Below, piece by piece: positions 41,104 to 50,846 of a stretch of DNA of 64,000 bases. Position 1 is the first letter of the stretch. The number at the start of each line of letters is the position of its first letter. The DNA lies in IMG/VR virus record IMGVR_UViG_3300033489_000001, positions 347,619 through 411,618 of that record; one strand, written 5' to 3'. The position numbers were made by a program, and so were the translations under genes. The notes under the pieces were generated by a model. The model saw only the letters and a list, made by a program, of their open reading frames with translations, ran no database searches and had not been told where the DNA came from. This DNA comes from a virus. Taxonomy: Duplodnaviria > Heunggongvirae > Uroviricota > Caudoviricetes.

Positions 41104-41814
41104 TTAGATGGGAACAACTGTATTGCTGTTATTGGCAAACCTAAGTGAGAATCCCTTTCCAGGCCCACCATTCGCCGAAATCGGAGCAAGACCCGTGTCA
41201 ATGAACTCACCGTATTGCGATACACCGTCTATGATGTCCGTAACCGTGACTGAACTATTTTCAGCCACTATTGCCGCATCAGATGTGAAACTCGCGGAGT
41301 AGGAGTTCATCCAACAACCTTCGTAGAAAGTCAGAAGGGCTCGAGGAGTCACGATTGGATTATCTTTACTCGTAGGTCCCGTTGTAACCGTAGCTTGAAT
41401 AGAAGCACCGTTTGGATCTTGAAGAGAAGCTAACTCTGAAAAGACCAACTCCTGCTTGATGTCAAAAGGCCAACGGTGATGACGAAGACTACGAACTAGC
41501 CCGTCAATGCCTCCCTTGTACCCAAGAATCTGAAAAAGATTTGCCGTGTAAAGAAGCGTCTTATTCAGAGTCAATGTCATAGGATCGGTGACGCTCGGCA
41601 CTAACTCAGCCACCATGTCACCGAAGCCTACTCCACGGACGGGATCAATTGTCCGAGACTCGTCAAACCCAAACTCAGAGATCACTCCGAGCTGTTGAAA
41701 CCCACCCACGCCAACGGTATACCCATAGACCTTATTCTTCTGACTTACAGCAGCACGAGTATTTGGCGCTGTCCCCATTCTGTAGAGGTAGGTGTTAGTT
41801 GATACATTTGCCAT
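41104..41814 (-). CDS. Tail tube protein
   Basis: LGVISEFGFDESRTIDPVRGVGFG...AELVP...WPFDI...TFYEGCWMNSYSASF...IVAENSSVTVTDI, a contractile tube fold pattern; strong AAGGAG SD. Confidence 0.8.
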   Translation of the reverse strand: MANVSTNTYLYRMGTAPNTRAAVSQKNKVYGYTVGVGGFQQLGVISEFGFDESRTIDPVRGVGFGDMVAELVPSVTDPMTLTLNKTLLYTANLFQILGYKGGIDGLVRSLRHHRWPFDIKQELVFSELASLQDPNGASIQATVTTGPTSKDNPIVTPRALLTFYEGCWMNSYSASFTSDAAIVAENSSVTVTDIIDGVSQYGEFIDTGLAPISANGGPGKGFSLRFANNSNTVVPI

Positions 41815-41884
41815 AGTGTCTCCTTATGCAGCAGCAGTTCCCATAATAGATGAAAAGATAAACCGATTAGGACCTTTTTCGGTA

Positions 41885-42481
41885 TTACTCTTTAGCGGCT
41901 GGTTCAAACAAACCGTGAATCTCGTTCGCCTTTTTTGAAAGGTCAGCGAGATCGGGCGTCACCCAAGCGCTGGCGAGATCAACATTCTGTGCAATCTCAG
42001 CAACTTTAGACGCAATTTTATGAAGGTCGGACTTAGCCCTACCCGAGTCAAACCGTCTACCTTCCGAAACCAGACGATCTATGATTGCATCCGTAGCCGC
42101 CACTTTGGCTATGGCATCCTCAGCCAGGGTCACGTTAGAAGTGAAAGTGTCATAGGAAGCTGCTCTGAGCATAGTTCTCTCCGTTTTAGGTTCTTGACAA
42201 TAACAATCTGCCTTTTCCATAAGAGAGTTAGTAAAAGAAGAATAGCGGGCACGTTTAAAGGGGAGCAAAGCCCACATCTTATCTAGGTCTACCGAAAGCA
42301 TTACCTGTTTATTTTCGAGGAATTCCTTCAAAGCGGTCCTTGCATTCCGGAGGGAGGTCAGACCCATAACTAGCTTCATGACTGACACCGGGCCTAAATT
42401 ATAACGTCTCCCATCTGGGGTCTGGACATAGTCTACAAACCCATCGGTTCCTATCGTAACTAAGGCGAGTCGAGAATTCAT
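41885..42481 (-). CDS. Hypothetical protein
   Basis: 198 aa; ATGA-coupled to the upstream gene. Confidence 0.6.
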   Translation of the reverse strand: MNSRLALVTIGTDGFVDYVQTPDGRRYNLGPVSVMKLVMGLTSLRNARTALKEFLENKQVMLSVDLDKMWALLPFKRARYSSFTNSLMEKADCYCQEPKTERTMLRAASYDTFTSNVTLAEDAIAKVAATDAIIDRLVSEGRRFDSGRAKSDLHKIASKVAEIAQNVDLASAWVTPDLADLSKKANEIHGLFEPAAKE

Positions 42482-43305
42482 GTGACACCTAACTCTTCCA
42501 ACTCCTCAGAAGCATAACGCCGCTCACCATGCCCGGCCCGCATAAGGGCATCAATTATCTGAGAGGCTTGGCGCTTAGATAAGGTTAGAAGTTCTTCCTG
42601 TTTGGGGATATAATCAAAACCTGTTATTGCTGATAACCCAAGCCTGCCCCATTCATTATGATCCACATTACGGAGCAGCGATCGAATAAACCCGGCTTGC
42701 TTAGAGGTGATATCCCCACGCAATTTCTCAAGAGACACCTCCCGTTGATACGAAGGTTGAGACGGATGTCGCGGTACATCTTCATTCCCATACCCCTCAT
42801 CATCTATTATTCGCCGCCTGGGCTCCCTCCGCCAAGGAGTAACCTTTTGTTCTTGCCCCACTTCTTCCTTCGCTTGCTCTTTTTTTTCCTCTTCAAATTC
42901 TTTCATCTCTCGTTTAGGGTCACCACCGCGTTGACGGGTCGCCGCCCACTGTTCCCAAAACTCATCATTGTCTTCATACTTCTCAACGAGTTCTTCAATT
43001 CTATCCTGTAAACTATCCCGCCAATTTTGAGTTCGTTTTACGATAGGAGCTTTGCCTTTCTCTAAAGGTCCTTGATCTTTTAGACTAACAAATTGAACTC
43101 GAATAGCATCAGCTCCAACTTCCGCTCCCATTCCTGAATGAGGCCTAATGGAAGTCCAAACCCGAATGCCCACAAATTTCCCAAGCTTCAGATCATAATA
43201 AACTTCACCTAACTTGTTCCCTCGCTCAGGATGTAAAGCACGGAAACCCCTCTTTAGGAACTTTTCCATCTCCTCTAAAGTAATCTCTGTAAATTGGGCG
43301 GCCAT
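42478..43305 (-). CDS. Hypothetical protein with C-terminal 'T.KQ...LSK.QAS.IID.L' domain
   Basis: 275 aa; IRVWTSI...DAIRV...VKRTQNWR N-domain; ITSKQAGFIRSLL...LSKRQASQIIDAL small helical domain; TAATG-coupled to the helicase. Confidence 0.6.
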   Translation of the reverse strand: MAAQFTEITLEEMEKFLKRGFRALHPERGNKLGEVYYDLKLGKFVGIRVWTSIRPHSGMGAEVGADAIRVQFVSLKDQGPLEKGKAPIVKRTQNWRDSLQDRIEELVEKYEDNDEFWEQWAATRQRGGDPKREMKEFEEEKKEQAKEEVGQEQKVTPWRREPRRRIIDDEGYGNEDVPRHPSQPSYQREVSLEKLRGDITSKQAGFIRSLLRNVDHNEWGRLGLSAITGFDYIPKQEELLTLSKRQASQIIDALMRAGHGERRYASEELEELGVT

Positions 43306-46300
43306 TATAGTGCCCTCCGATCATAAGTAGAAGCAAGATCTGTTTCATCAGGCACAAGACCCTCGTATTCAAAAGCAGTTTTTACAGATGGTTCCGTAAC
43401 GGGTTCCTCACTTTTAACCGCTCCAGGTTTGGGTACATTTTCTCCAACCTTGAGGCCAGCTTCATCAACAAAAGGACTGATCCCCGCCGCTTTACCTCCA
43501 ACAACGCTTGGACAAATGACTGTAAGGTTCATTGCCGCACGGGTCAGAGCTACGTAACCAAGCCTACGCTCAGCTTCTAACTCTTCTTTCACTTCTTCTG
43601 GGTCAGGAGGTGGTTCGCCCGGCCTCTTAGGTGGTTCAAATGGAAACTTACCCTTGGGCATGGACACATAAACGTTAACCCATTGACTTCCCTTAACCGA
43701 GTGAACCGTCCCAACAAAGACGCCCGGAGGAGCCTTTCTCTGCTCCGGCGGAAGCGCTTCCTGCTCTTTCTTCCACTTTGTAATGTCAACCCTTAAATCC
43801 CTAGCCTTAGCGGCATAACGCTCCATTTTGGCTTTAAACCCAGACGGAGTGTTAGGATCGGTTAGTTGATCTTCAGGATCAGTAGGATCTTTCTTTGCTA
43901 GTTCATATAAGAAACTAACATTTCCAAGCCCCTCAGTGTCATCATCCTCTCCCGCGTCATCGTCATCTGAAATATTATCTCTAATATCCGCTTTGAGGCT
44001 GTCTCGAAAAGTCTGTTCAACAAATTTAGAACGACCGAAAGAATCAGTTGTAGCCGTTATCCCAGTCATACTTAAAACATCATCAAAAAGATCCTTAGTT
44101 TTATAGTTAGGATCTTCTGTGCTTGCTTTCATCCTGTTTAGATCAAGGCTAAGAACTGAAAGTTTTTTGAGGGCCTGATCAAACTTAAAACCAGAACGGG
44201 ACCTTGTAAGTTTCTCCGCTAAAATGGTCCTAAATTCCCTATCTTCAAGAACGCGCATGGGGTTCACGGATTTAAGGTCTTGCCCAGATTTACGAGTATG
44301 GTCCGCTAATGCTTCCGCAACGGCCATGTTTCCAGCTTCTGGAGAAACAAAAAAGCGGTTAGGCTTATTGATAACTTCCTCTAGAGATTTCTGCATTCTA
44401 GTGAAATCATTTCCTGTGACTAACTGGACATAACTCAAAAAAGCCTTTGTTTCAGGCGAACCTAAGAAACTTGCCGCCCCTTTACGGGCATAAGGAACAC
44501 CACGAATAATACAGGCCGTTTCAAAGGCATGTTGCTCTTTATTGGTACGTGTCAATATAGCGTGATTAGCAACATCAACACCAACACTCATATTTGATTT
44601 AATCTCTGCCACTACGCTCAAAGCCGCTTCAGCTTCATCAGTGGGGGTCTCAACTCTAACTGACCCAACACCACGTACCTTAGCCGGAGAAGAAACCGCT
44701 TCCATCTCAATGGTTCTGTCATTGTGCGAAATCAGCTTATTGGCTAAGTCTACAATTTCAGGTTGGCATCTGTAATTGGTACGGATCATCTTCGTCTTCC
44801 AACCTTCAGTTTTATGAAGTTGGTTGAAAAGATCCGGCCGTGCTCCCCTAAAGCCAAAAATGCTCTGGTTTGGGTCACCTACAGTCCAAAAAGACTTACC
44901 ATCTTTACCATCTGTAATGTGTTCAGCCATGAATTCAAGGATTTGTCTTTGAATTGAATTCTGATCTTGAGCCTCATCAATAATTATATGATCAAACATA
45001 CTTTGAAGAGTTTTCTTAACCGCCGGTTCTCTTTTCAAGATATCAAGAAAGATTGTTAGCATCGAGTCAAAATCACCCAAGCGTTTTTCACCAGGCCGCC
45101 AGCGGGCCATGAAAGACTCATACCCTTTTGAAGTACCACAAGGAGGCTTCCAATTTGGAGTAGTACCCATAAGGCCATCATACATTTCGTACCATTCAGC
45201 GGCCTCTTGTTCTTTTTTGCTACGAGCAGACGCCTTAGCTTCTGTCGGAGAAACATCGTTACCAACCCACTTGGATTTAGCGGTCAAAACATTCTTTAGC
45301 TTAGGCACATTACGATTAGGAAAGCACTCTGCCCAAATACGCTGAACGGTTCGCGCTACAGCACCCCCGCCTTGCACAAAACCACCCCGGTCTTTACCAA
45401 GCCCCATTGCGTTGCGTTCTTGTTCCGTACCGTAATCTCCAATGAACTTACGGAACAAAGAATGCATTGTCCCAACGGACATTTGTTTAAGAGCATCGCC
45501 CCCAACAGCAGAGCCTATCTTATACTTCAACTCATTAGCCGCTTCAGTGTTGAAACTAGTAACTAGAATACGACTTGGAAGAACACGACGATCTTTTACA
45601 AGATACTCAACCCGAGCCACCAGAGAACTCGATTTTCCCGCACCCGCACCCGCCGCTACAAGCACTCTGCCATCTGTCAAAGCCGCCGATCTTTGCTCAT
45701 CATCAAGTCTACGAAGAGGAGCAGGAATATTGGCTGAATTTGACGGATCTGTCATTGCAGACACAGCAGCCGCCGTGGCAATCCCAACAACCTCAGATTT
45801 AGCCGGAGGTACATCAGGCTCCCCTGAGACATTCATGGCCCTTTGTGCAGCATCCTGAGCTTGTTGTTGAACTTTAAGTAACAGATCATCTTTCGTATCA
45901 AGAGATGTTTGGTTATCCGTGGAGGTAGGCGAAGAACCTTGTTGCTGCGTTCGAGCTGTAAGAATTGGCGCAACTTCATCGGTAGCTTGGCTTGAACCAA
46001 CCGTCACAGCATTTTGAAAAGTTCCAGAACCCGCCGTCTCCGCCGCTAGATCAATCCACGCACGAAGACGTATATTCTTCATCGGGATCGCTGCAAATTT
46101 ATCAAGAGCCGCATCGGCATCATCTATCATGGATGCCGCCATAGCCGCTCTAACCTCTTGCAAAGCCCTGTTCTTTTTAAACACGGCCCGCATAGTTGAG
46201 GTGCCCCCACGCGATAAAACCGTACGCAAGTTGAAAGTACGCCGACTCAAACTAACAGAATTTGAAGGCAGGAATTTGAAAGCCCTATCCAGCATCTTCT

Positions 46301-46586
46301 TCTGACTAGCTCTTGGTAAGGCACCTCCTAAAAATCCTTGAATTATTGCCAAGTGTTGACGATCAGCTAAACGAACTAAACGGATCCCTTTACGGATCAA
46401 GTCGTCTTCTGTCTCAGCCCCGGTTGTCTCTTCCACATAACGGGTATAAGTATCCAATGCGAGTAAGAATACGAGGTACTCCGCAATTTCTAATTCCCCT
46501 ATATCCTCATCTCCGTCATCATCTTCGTCTGGTGGTTCCGCCGCTTGACGGCTTCGCTCAATAACACGTTCTGAAATGGTTGCCAT
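43305..46586 (-). CDS. uvrD: UvrD/Rep/PcrA-family SF1 DNA helicase with ~290-aa N-terminal extension
   Basis: Q motif LDDEQ, Walker A AGAGAGKS, GTMHS, Walker B IIDEAQD, VGDPNQSIFGFRGA, NYRC, TVHSVKG, ERRLGYVALTRA. Confidence 0.95.
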   Translation of the reverse strand: MATISERVIERSRQAAEPPDEDDDGDEDIGELEIAEYLVFLLALDTYTRYVEETTGAETEDDLIRKGIRLVRLADRQHLAIIQGFLGGALPRASQKKMLDRAFKFLPSNSVSLSRRTFNLRTVLSRGGTSTMRAVFKKNRALQEVRAAMAASMIDDADAALDKFAAIPMKNIRLRAWIDLAAETAGSGTFQNAVTVGSSQATDEVAPILTARTQQQGSSPTSTDNQTSLDTKDDLLLKVQQQAQDAAQRAMNVSGEPDVPPAKSEVVGIATAAAVSAMTDPSNSANIPAPLRRLDDEQRSAALTDGRVLVAAGAGAGKSSSLVARVEYLVKDRRVLPSRILVTSFNTEAANELKYKIGSAVGGDALKQMSVGTMHSLFRKFIGDYGTEQERNAMGLGKDRGGFVQGGGAVARTVQRIWAECFPNRNVPKLKNVLTAKSKWVGNDVSPTEAKASARSKKEQEAAEWYEMYDGLMGTTPNWKPPCGTSKGYESFMARWRPGEKRLGDFDSMLTIFLDILKREPAVKKTLQSMFDHIIIDEAQDQNSIQRQILEFMAEHITDGKDGKSFWTVGDPNQSIFGFRGARPDLFNQLHKTEGWKTKMIRTNYRCQPEIVDLANKLISHNDRTIEMEAVSSPAKVRGVGSVRVETPTDEAEAALSVVAEIKSNMSVGVDVANHAILTRTNKEQHAFETACIIRGVPYARKGAASFLGSPETKAFLSYVQLVTGNDFTRMQKSLEEVINKPNRFFVSPEAGNMAVAEALADHTRKSGQDLKSVNPMRVLEDREFRTILAEKLTRSRSGFKFDQALKKLSVLSLDLNRMKASTEDPNYKTKDLFDDVLSMTGITATTDSFGRSKFVEQTFRDSLKADIRDNISDDDDAGEDDDTEGLGNVSFLYELAKKDPTDPEDQLTDPNTPSGFKAKMERYAAKARDLRVDITKWKKEQEALPPEQRKAPPGVFVGTVHSVKGSQWVNVYVSMPKGKFPFEPPKRPGEPPPDPEEVKEELEAERRLGYVALTRAAMNLTVICPSVVGGKAAGISPFVDEAGLKVGENVPKPGAVKSEEPVTEPSVKTAFEYEGLVPDETDLASTYDRRAL

Positions 46587-46607
46587 TTTCTCTCCACTCT
46601 AAAAAAT

Positions 46608-47195
46608 TCAACAACACGAAGGGTTTCCCGGAGGGATACAATCAGGGCCAATCAATGTGACTGGAGGTTCGCATGGGGGTGACGCGGGTGAAGATTGTGC
46701 CCCCACCATCGGAATATTAGGAAAAACACGAACTTTACGAGGTCTAAAATTAGGTTCCATAGCATACTCAGCCAACTTGACTCTACCATCTGCCATCGAA
46801 ACTTGGTTAGCCAAAGCTCCCCAAATGAGTATTGGAATTGGAATAGTGTTGGCCTCCCAACCTTGAACCGTAGCTAAAAGTACACCATATGCCGTGGCTA
46901 TATCAGTCTGAGATAAACGGAGCGCATTCCGTAAAAACACAAACGGTTCTCCTCGAATAAGGCCCCATTGCACTAAAGTAGAGGCGGCCCGTAGATCAGC
47001 AGCTTTTCTAACAGGTTCAGTAAAAGTAGGCCCCCATTGATACAAACGGCCAGGGACCGCCGCAACAAATACAATACCCGTTGAACCAACCGGCATTAAA
47101 TAATCGAAGAGTCCGACCTTCCCGATCTGTTCGGGAAAGTCATTTTCTAACACAACGATAGGAAAATTTGCGAGATCATCGGACACTATGCCCAA
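46608..47195 (-). CDS. XRE/MqsA-like HTH protein
   Basis: FLRNALRLSQTDIATAYGVLLATVQGWEAN is an HTH_3 pattern; TTG start with AAGGAG SD; Pro/Cys-rich tail. Confidence 0.7.
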   Translation of the reverse strand: MGIVSDDLANFPIVVLENDFPEQIGKVGLFDYLMPVGSTGIVFVAAVPGRLYQWGPTFTEPVRKAADLRAASTLVQWGLIRGEPFVFLRNALRLSQTDIATAYGVLLATVQGWEANTIPIPILIWGALANQVSMADGRVKLAEYAMEPNFRPRKVRVFPNIPMVGAQSSPASPPCEPPVTLIGPDCIPPGNPSCC

Positions 47196-47255
47196 GCTCC
47201 TTATTTATAGAGTTAGTAATAAAGAAACCACCATCAAAAGGTGTAATCAAAAGAC

Positions 47256-48116
47256 ATGAATCTAAACGTCCGTATCGAAAAGGACTTACCTTCGATCGTA
47301 CCAGATGCAATTTCTTTTGAAACAGGTGCTTCTAAGGTTTTACTCCAAGATCCTTCAATTGCGGTCTACGAACACCATGGCTTGGAATTCTCTCCTTCCG
47401 ATAAAGGGGCATTAACAAGTTTCTACGAAGATTTGATCCTTGGCCGTCCTTTCCCACTTGTTTTAGCCACGCCTAAGATTACAGATATTGATACGCTTCT
47501 TGCCATTGCTCTATTTTTACACCGAGACCTTGCAACGCACCCCAATACTCCCGCAACTGTTTACCTAGTAGACTTTGTCCACAGACTCGGAATACCGGCA
47601 TTGGCTCACTTAGATAACCATCTTGCCCGGTTTTTTTCAGCCCTTAGAGCTTATTTTCCAGACAAAAGGCTCAGCCAACGGGAATTAAGTGACCGGATCA
47701 AAAATGCAGTTGGATGGCTCCGCGAATACATTTTTAATGGCACCCTTTCGATTATTGGGCCTTCCCCTTCTACAAATCTTAGAGTTGTAGACCACGGAAC
47801 TACAGGATTTGTGGTTGCCGAATCTACAGGACCTCTTTTTGATGGTTGGGTAGAACTCTACCGCCTTGGCTTTCTCCGAGGGATCCTAATTAAACAAAAA
47901 GGGTCAGAAGACCGAAAACACGTTCTTATCGCCCGTAAGAGCCTCTACCTGACCTTCGATTTAAACATGGCTTGCCACCTGTTAAATCAAATGGAAGCCG
48001 CCATGGGGGAACTGCCAGGCTGGAAGGTGCTTCAAGATGAGCTTTGGCTGGAAAGTCCAGAAGAAGGTACGCTGATTCTACTCAAAGATATAATTGAGAT
48101 TTTGATTAGGGTTTGA
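47256..48116 (+). CDS. Divergent DHH-phosphoesterase-like protein
   Basis: Only long plus-strand gene that does not shadow another gene. YEHHG and DIDT resemble DHH and DxD motifs; the family call is tentative. Confidence 0.45.
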   Translation: MNLNVRIEKDLPSIVPDAISFETGASKVLLQDPSIAVYEHHGLEFSPSDKGALTSFYEDLILGRPFPLVLATPKITDIDTLLAIALFLHRDLATHPNTPATVYLVDFVHRLGIPALAHLDNHLARFFSALRAYFPDKRLSQRELSDRIKNAVGWLREYIFNGTLSIIGPSPSTNLRVVDHGTTGFVVAESTGPLFDGWVELYRLGFLRGILIKQKGSEDRKHVLIARKSLYLTFDLNMACHLLNQMEAAMGELPGWKVLQDELWLESPEEGTLILLKDIIEILIRV

Positions 48117-48765
48117 TCGATACGGGTCCTTCTTGAAAATTACCCTCAACGGTTAAATCAGTCGTAATGAAAGGTTCACCTTTTAACTCTCTAATTCTGG
48201 TCTGCATCCCGTGCAAGTTATCTTGTAGGCGAGAATCAATCCAACAACCAAGTTCATAGTAACCTTGCCGTGAAAGTGTTGAACCACGAGCCACCATAAT
48301 TTGAGTTAGGGGCAAAACAAGTTGAATGGTTTCATCTAGATATTTTTTCAACCAAGCTATGTCTTTAATGATGTCGTAATCACTTGTGTTAGCTAATCTA
48401 TCCATAAGTTTAATGGCTATTAGATTAGGACTGGCATGTTGCAGCATGGCAAAATAAACTGCTGGAGAACCAGTTCCAAGTTTAGTTTTGGAAAGCATAG
48501 CCACAGCCCCAGCAACATAAAGACCAAACTTAGAAGCGACCTCATCCCAAGAAAATAAAGGCGAATCTTCTTGAAGATCATGAAGTAGAGCTGCTTGTTT
48601 ATCACGCAAAGCAAAGAAGAATGGAGCCTCTTCCATAAATCCAAGTACGGTTAGAGGATGAATGTAATAAGGGGCGTTAGTAACCCTCCTTATTTGACCC
48701 TCGTGCATTTTCTTCATGTACTCGATGCAATCTAAGAGCGCTTTATCCCGAACTCTTAACGACAT
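48106..48765 (-). CDS. HD-domain small alarmone hydrolase (Mesh1/SpoT-HD-like)
   Basis: HEGQIR...PYYIHP...ALLHDLQED...IKLMDRLAN are the RelA/SpoT hydrolase motifs; no synthetase domain. Confidence 0.88.
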   Translation of the reverse strand: MSLRVRDKALLDCIEYMKKMHEGQIRRVTNAPYYIHPLTVLGFMEEAPFFFALRDKQAALLHDLQEDSPLFSWDEVASKFGLYVAGAVAMLSKTKLGTGSPAVYFAMLQHASPNLIAIKLMDRLANTSDYDIIKDIAWLKKYLDETIQLVLPLTQIMVARGSTLSRQGYYELGCWIDSRLQDNLHGMQTRIRELKGEPFITTDLTVEGNFQEGPVSIKP

Positions 48766-48826
48766 GTTAGATGTACCTCTGCTGGTGAGAATTTTGGGTG
48801 GTGGGAACCCACTGAAAAATAAAATA

Positions 48827-49309
48827 TTAGTTCACAATTGACAATTTAGATTTTCCTGAAACCTCTTCTTTTTCGTGCTCATGACACGATTCATAATCAA
48901 GAAGATTGCAGCTAGATATGGCAGTTTCTTCAGCCGAATCAGAATCGATATCAGGATAAAAAATAAATTGGCCCTCCCAATGAATCTCTTGATTTTCTGA
49001 CCTCCATTGAGTTAAGCATATTTGCCAAACTCCACCATCTGGAGTAGGAGCAAACCAAAGCCATTCAGAATAATTAGAATCCTGATTTGTAGGGTTTTTG
49101 AAAGGATGTACACAAAACCCAGGCACCGGCATTTTCATAGGGTCTGACCCCACATAATGCGTTATGGGCTCTAAAGGAGGAATCTCTTCACTAGAATCCT
49201 TAGCCGGAATTGGGTCTAACTTTTCCGTCATGCATAAAATGAGTAGCTTTCCCGGCTCTAAATAACCTTTAAACGAAACATAACCATACGCACCAAGTTC
49301 TACAATCAT
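48827..49309 (-). CDS. Hypothetical acidic protein
   Basis: Likely start is ATG 49309 (MIVELG) after GAGGAAGG; the track start 49357 is TTG. Confidence 0.55.
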   Translation of the reverse strand: MIVELGAYGYVSFKGYLEPGKLLILCMTEKLDPIPAKDSSEEIPPLEPITHYVGSDPMKMPVPGFCVHPFKNPTNQDSNYSEWLWFAPTPDGGVWQICLTQWRSENQEIHWEGQFIFYPDIDSDSAEETAISSCNLLDYESCHEHEKEEVSGKSKLSIVN

Positions 49310-49585
49310 AAACCTTCCTCTTTCTTTTGCACCTACTACACCGAAAAGAAAAGTCAAAGAGAACTTCTGAATTTAAAGGTATCCCCGATGTGCTGAAAAA
49401 GTACACCCACTAAGGAAGCAAAAAGGGGTCCAAAAACACCTGACGATGAAGACCACGAGGACAAGTACGGGGCTTGGGGATAAGTACACAACGACCCCCA
49501 ATTATGACCCTAGACCGCATTCAGAAGAAGGCTTTCCGGATTATCCCCGGATGAGAACTAAGGTTTTTGCCAACAATCTTTAAAA

Positions 49586-50164
49586 TTACGTATTGGAAGA
49601 TAGTAAAATTCTCTCCGGATTTTTAAGGACTAGAACAAAAGGATATACTAACTCTGCCTGTAATGTTGCTAAATATTCCCTTCCGTTATCAGCATAAGCT
49701 ATACGCCTAACCACTGATGTAACTTGAGAGTAACCTATCTTCCTCCCTGATTTAAGATTTTGCAGAGTACCAACTGAAAATCTTGTTGGATCAAGATCAA
49801 TTTTAATAGGTTCAGATTTTCGGCACACTAAAGCGTAATGCCTATCTTTATAGCGACTTGTCACAAGAGAGAAGTTAGGCATTACCCACTCTTTATTATC
49901 CAAACCATAAGCTCGTTTCCATTGCACAATGATGTTGGGAGAGCAATCAATGGTTTTCGGTTTAGATAGCATAGGAGAAAAGATAACCGAAATGCTTGCT
50001 TCTTGACGTAACATCTCGACACTAGAGGAAATATTATTTCCTATCCCCCAAAGGAAAATGCCACCTGAAGCTTTCCGTTCCTCTTCTTTTCTCCTTAGAA
50101 TTGAATCAATGTCTTCCCCCGCTTCAGTCCCATATTTAGTCCAAACAAAACATTCAGGAAGCAT
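49586..50164 (-). CDS. Hypothetical protein
   Basis: 192 aa with globular composition (FVWTKYGTEAGE...FLWGIGN). Confidence 0.6.
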   Translation of the reverse strand: MLPECFVWTKYGTEAGEDIDSILRRKEEERKASGGIFLWGIGNNISSSVEMLRQEASISVIFSPMLSKPKTIDCSPNIIVQWKRAYGLDNKEWVMPNFSLVTSRYKDRHYALVCRKSEPIKIDLDPTRFSVGTLQNLKSGRKIGYSQVTSVVRRIAYADNGREYLATLQAELVYPFVLVLKNPERILLSSNT

Positions 50165-50173
50165 AGAGATTTT

Positions 50174-50728
50174 CTATTTAGATTTACGAATAGAGTTTAG
50201 AGCCGAAGTATGTGATTCATCTCCAAATCTAGACAGATGATTGATCAAAGCTTGATAACCTACGCATCCAAGATTACAAACTGGACAATGTCGATCAACC
50301 CCTCGAATAATTTCCCGAGCTTGAATGGTTTCTTCACTAATCCGCTTTTTCCCTCTCCAAGCTAAACCTGTACGAGTCCCGGCGGCAGAATGCAATCTTT
50401 TTGAACGAGCATCAACCGCTTCTTTGCCAAAAGCGGTTATCCATAATTCACGCAAAGTATTGTGACTCATACTAAGACGAGTTGCTACACTCTTGAAAGC
50501 CTCATCTGTATGAAATGGAGTTAGAATCTCTACCTCAGAAGCTGTTGACCTTTTAGGATCATTCCTATCTCGAATAATTTTGAACTCTTCTTCACCAAGT
50601 TGATTTTGCAACACTTTACGAATTGTATTGAGACTTCCACCCACCCGTTTGCAAAGAACGTTCAAAGATTCTCCAGCTAGAAAAGCTGAAAGAACTTCTT
50701 CCGTGGTCCATGTCCCGTGCCTTGGCAT
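50174..50728 (-). CDS. Tandem HTH plus C2H2-like Zn finger DNA-binding protein
   Basis: Two HTH-like repeats (ESLNVLCKRVGGSLNTIRKVL; EAFKSVATRLSMSHNTLRELW) and CPVC...LINHL...H; likely start ATG 50728. Confidence 0.6.
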   Translation of the reverse strand: MPRHGTWTTEEVLSAFLAGESLNVLCKRVGGSLNTIRKVLQNQLGEEEFKIIRDRNDPKRSTASEVEILTPFHTDEAFKSVATRLSMSHNTLRELWITAFGKEAVDARSKRLHSAAGTRTGLAWRGKKRISEETIQAREIIRGVDRHCPVCNLGCVGYQALINHLSRFGDESHTSALNSIRKSK

Positions 50729-50736
50729 AGTACCAG

Positions 50737-50765
50737 ACACTAAGCTTTAAAAACAGCAAAGTCAA
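50737..50765 (-). promoter_or_regulatory. Sigma70-type promoter
   Basis: TTGACT (50765-50760), 17 nt, TAGTGT (50742-50737), 8 nt, then ATG 50728. Confidence 0.55.
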
Positions 50766-50814
50766 GTACAATCGTTATTAGCGAATCTACCTGACTTTGC
50801 TGTTATGAATTTGG
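50752..50814 (-). terminator. Long hairpin after the sheath gene (terminator or processing stem)
   Basis: AACAGCAAAGTCA/TGACTTTGCTGTT 13-bp perfect arms extend to ~23 bp with a 7-nt loop; a U-run ends the 3' arm on the minus strand. Confidence 0.6.
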
Positions 50815-50846
50815 AATGGTTTTTAGACTATATGTAGGGAAATATC

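Noticed and set aside
49360-49585. Small plus-strand ORF or gene remnant (PDDEDHEDKYGAWDKY... or MKTTRTS...)
   Set aside because: No convincing start plus SD and under 60 codons; cannot be supported.
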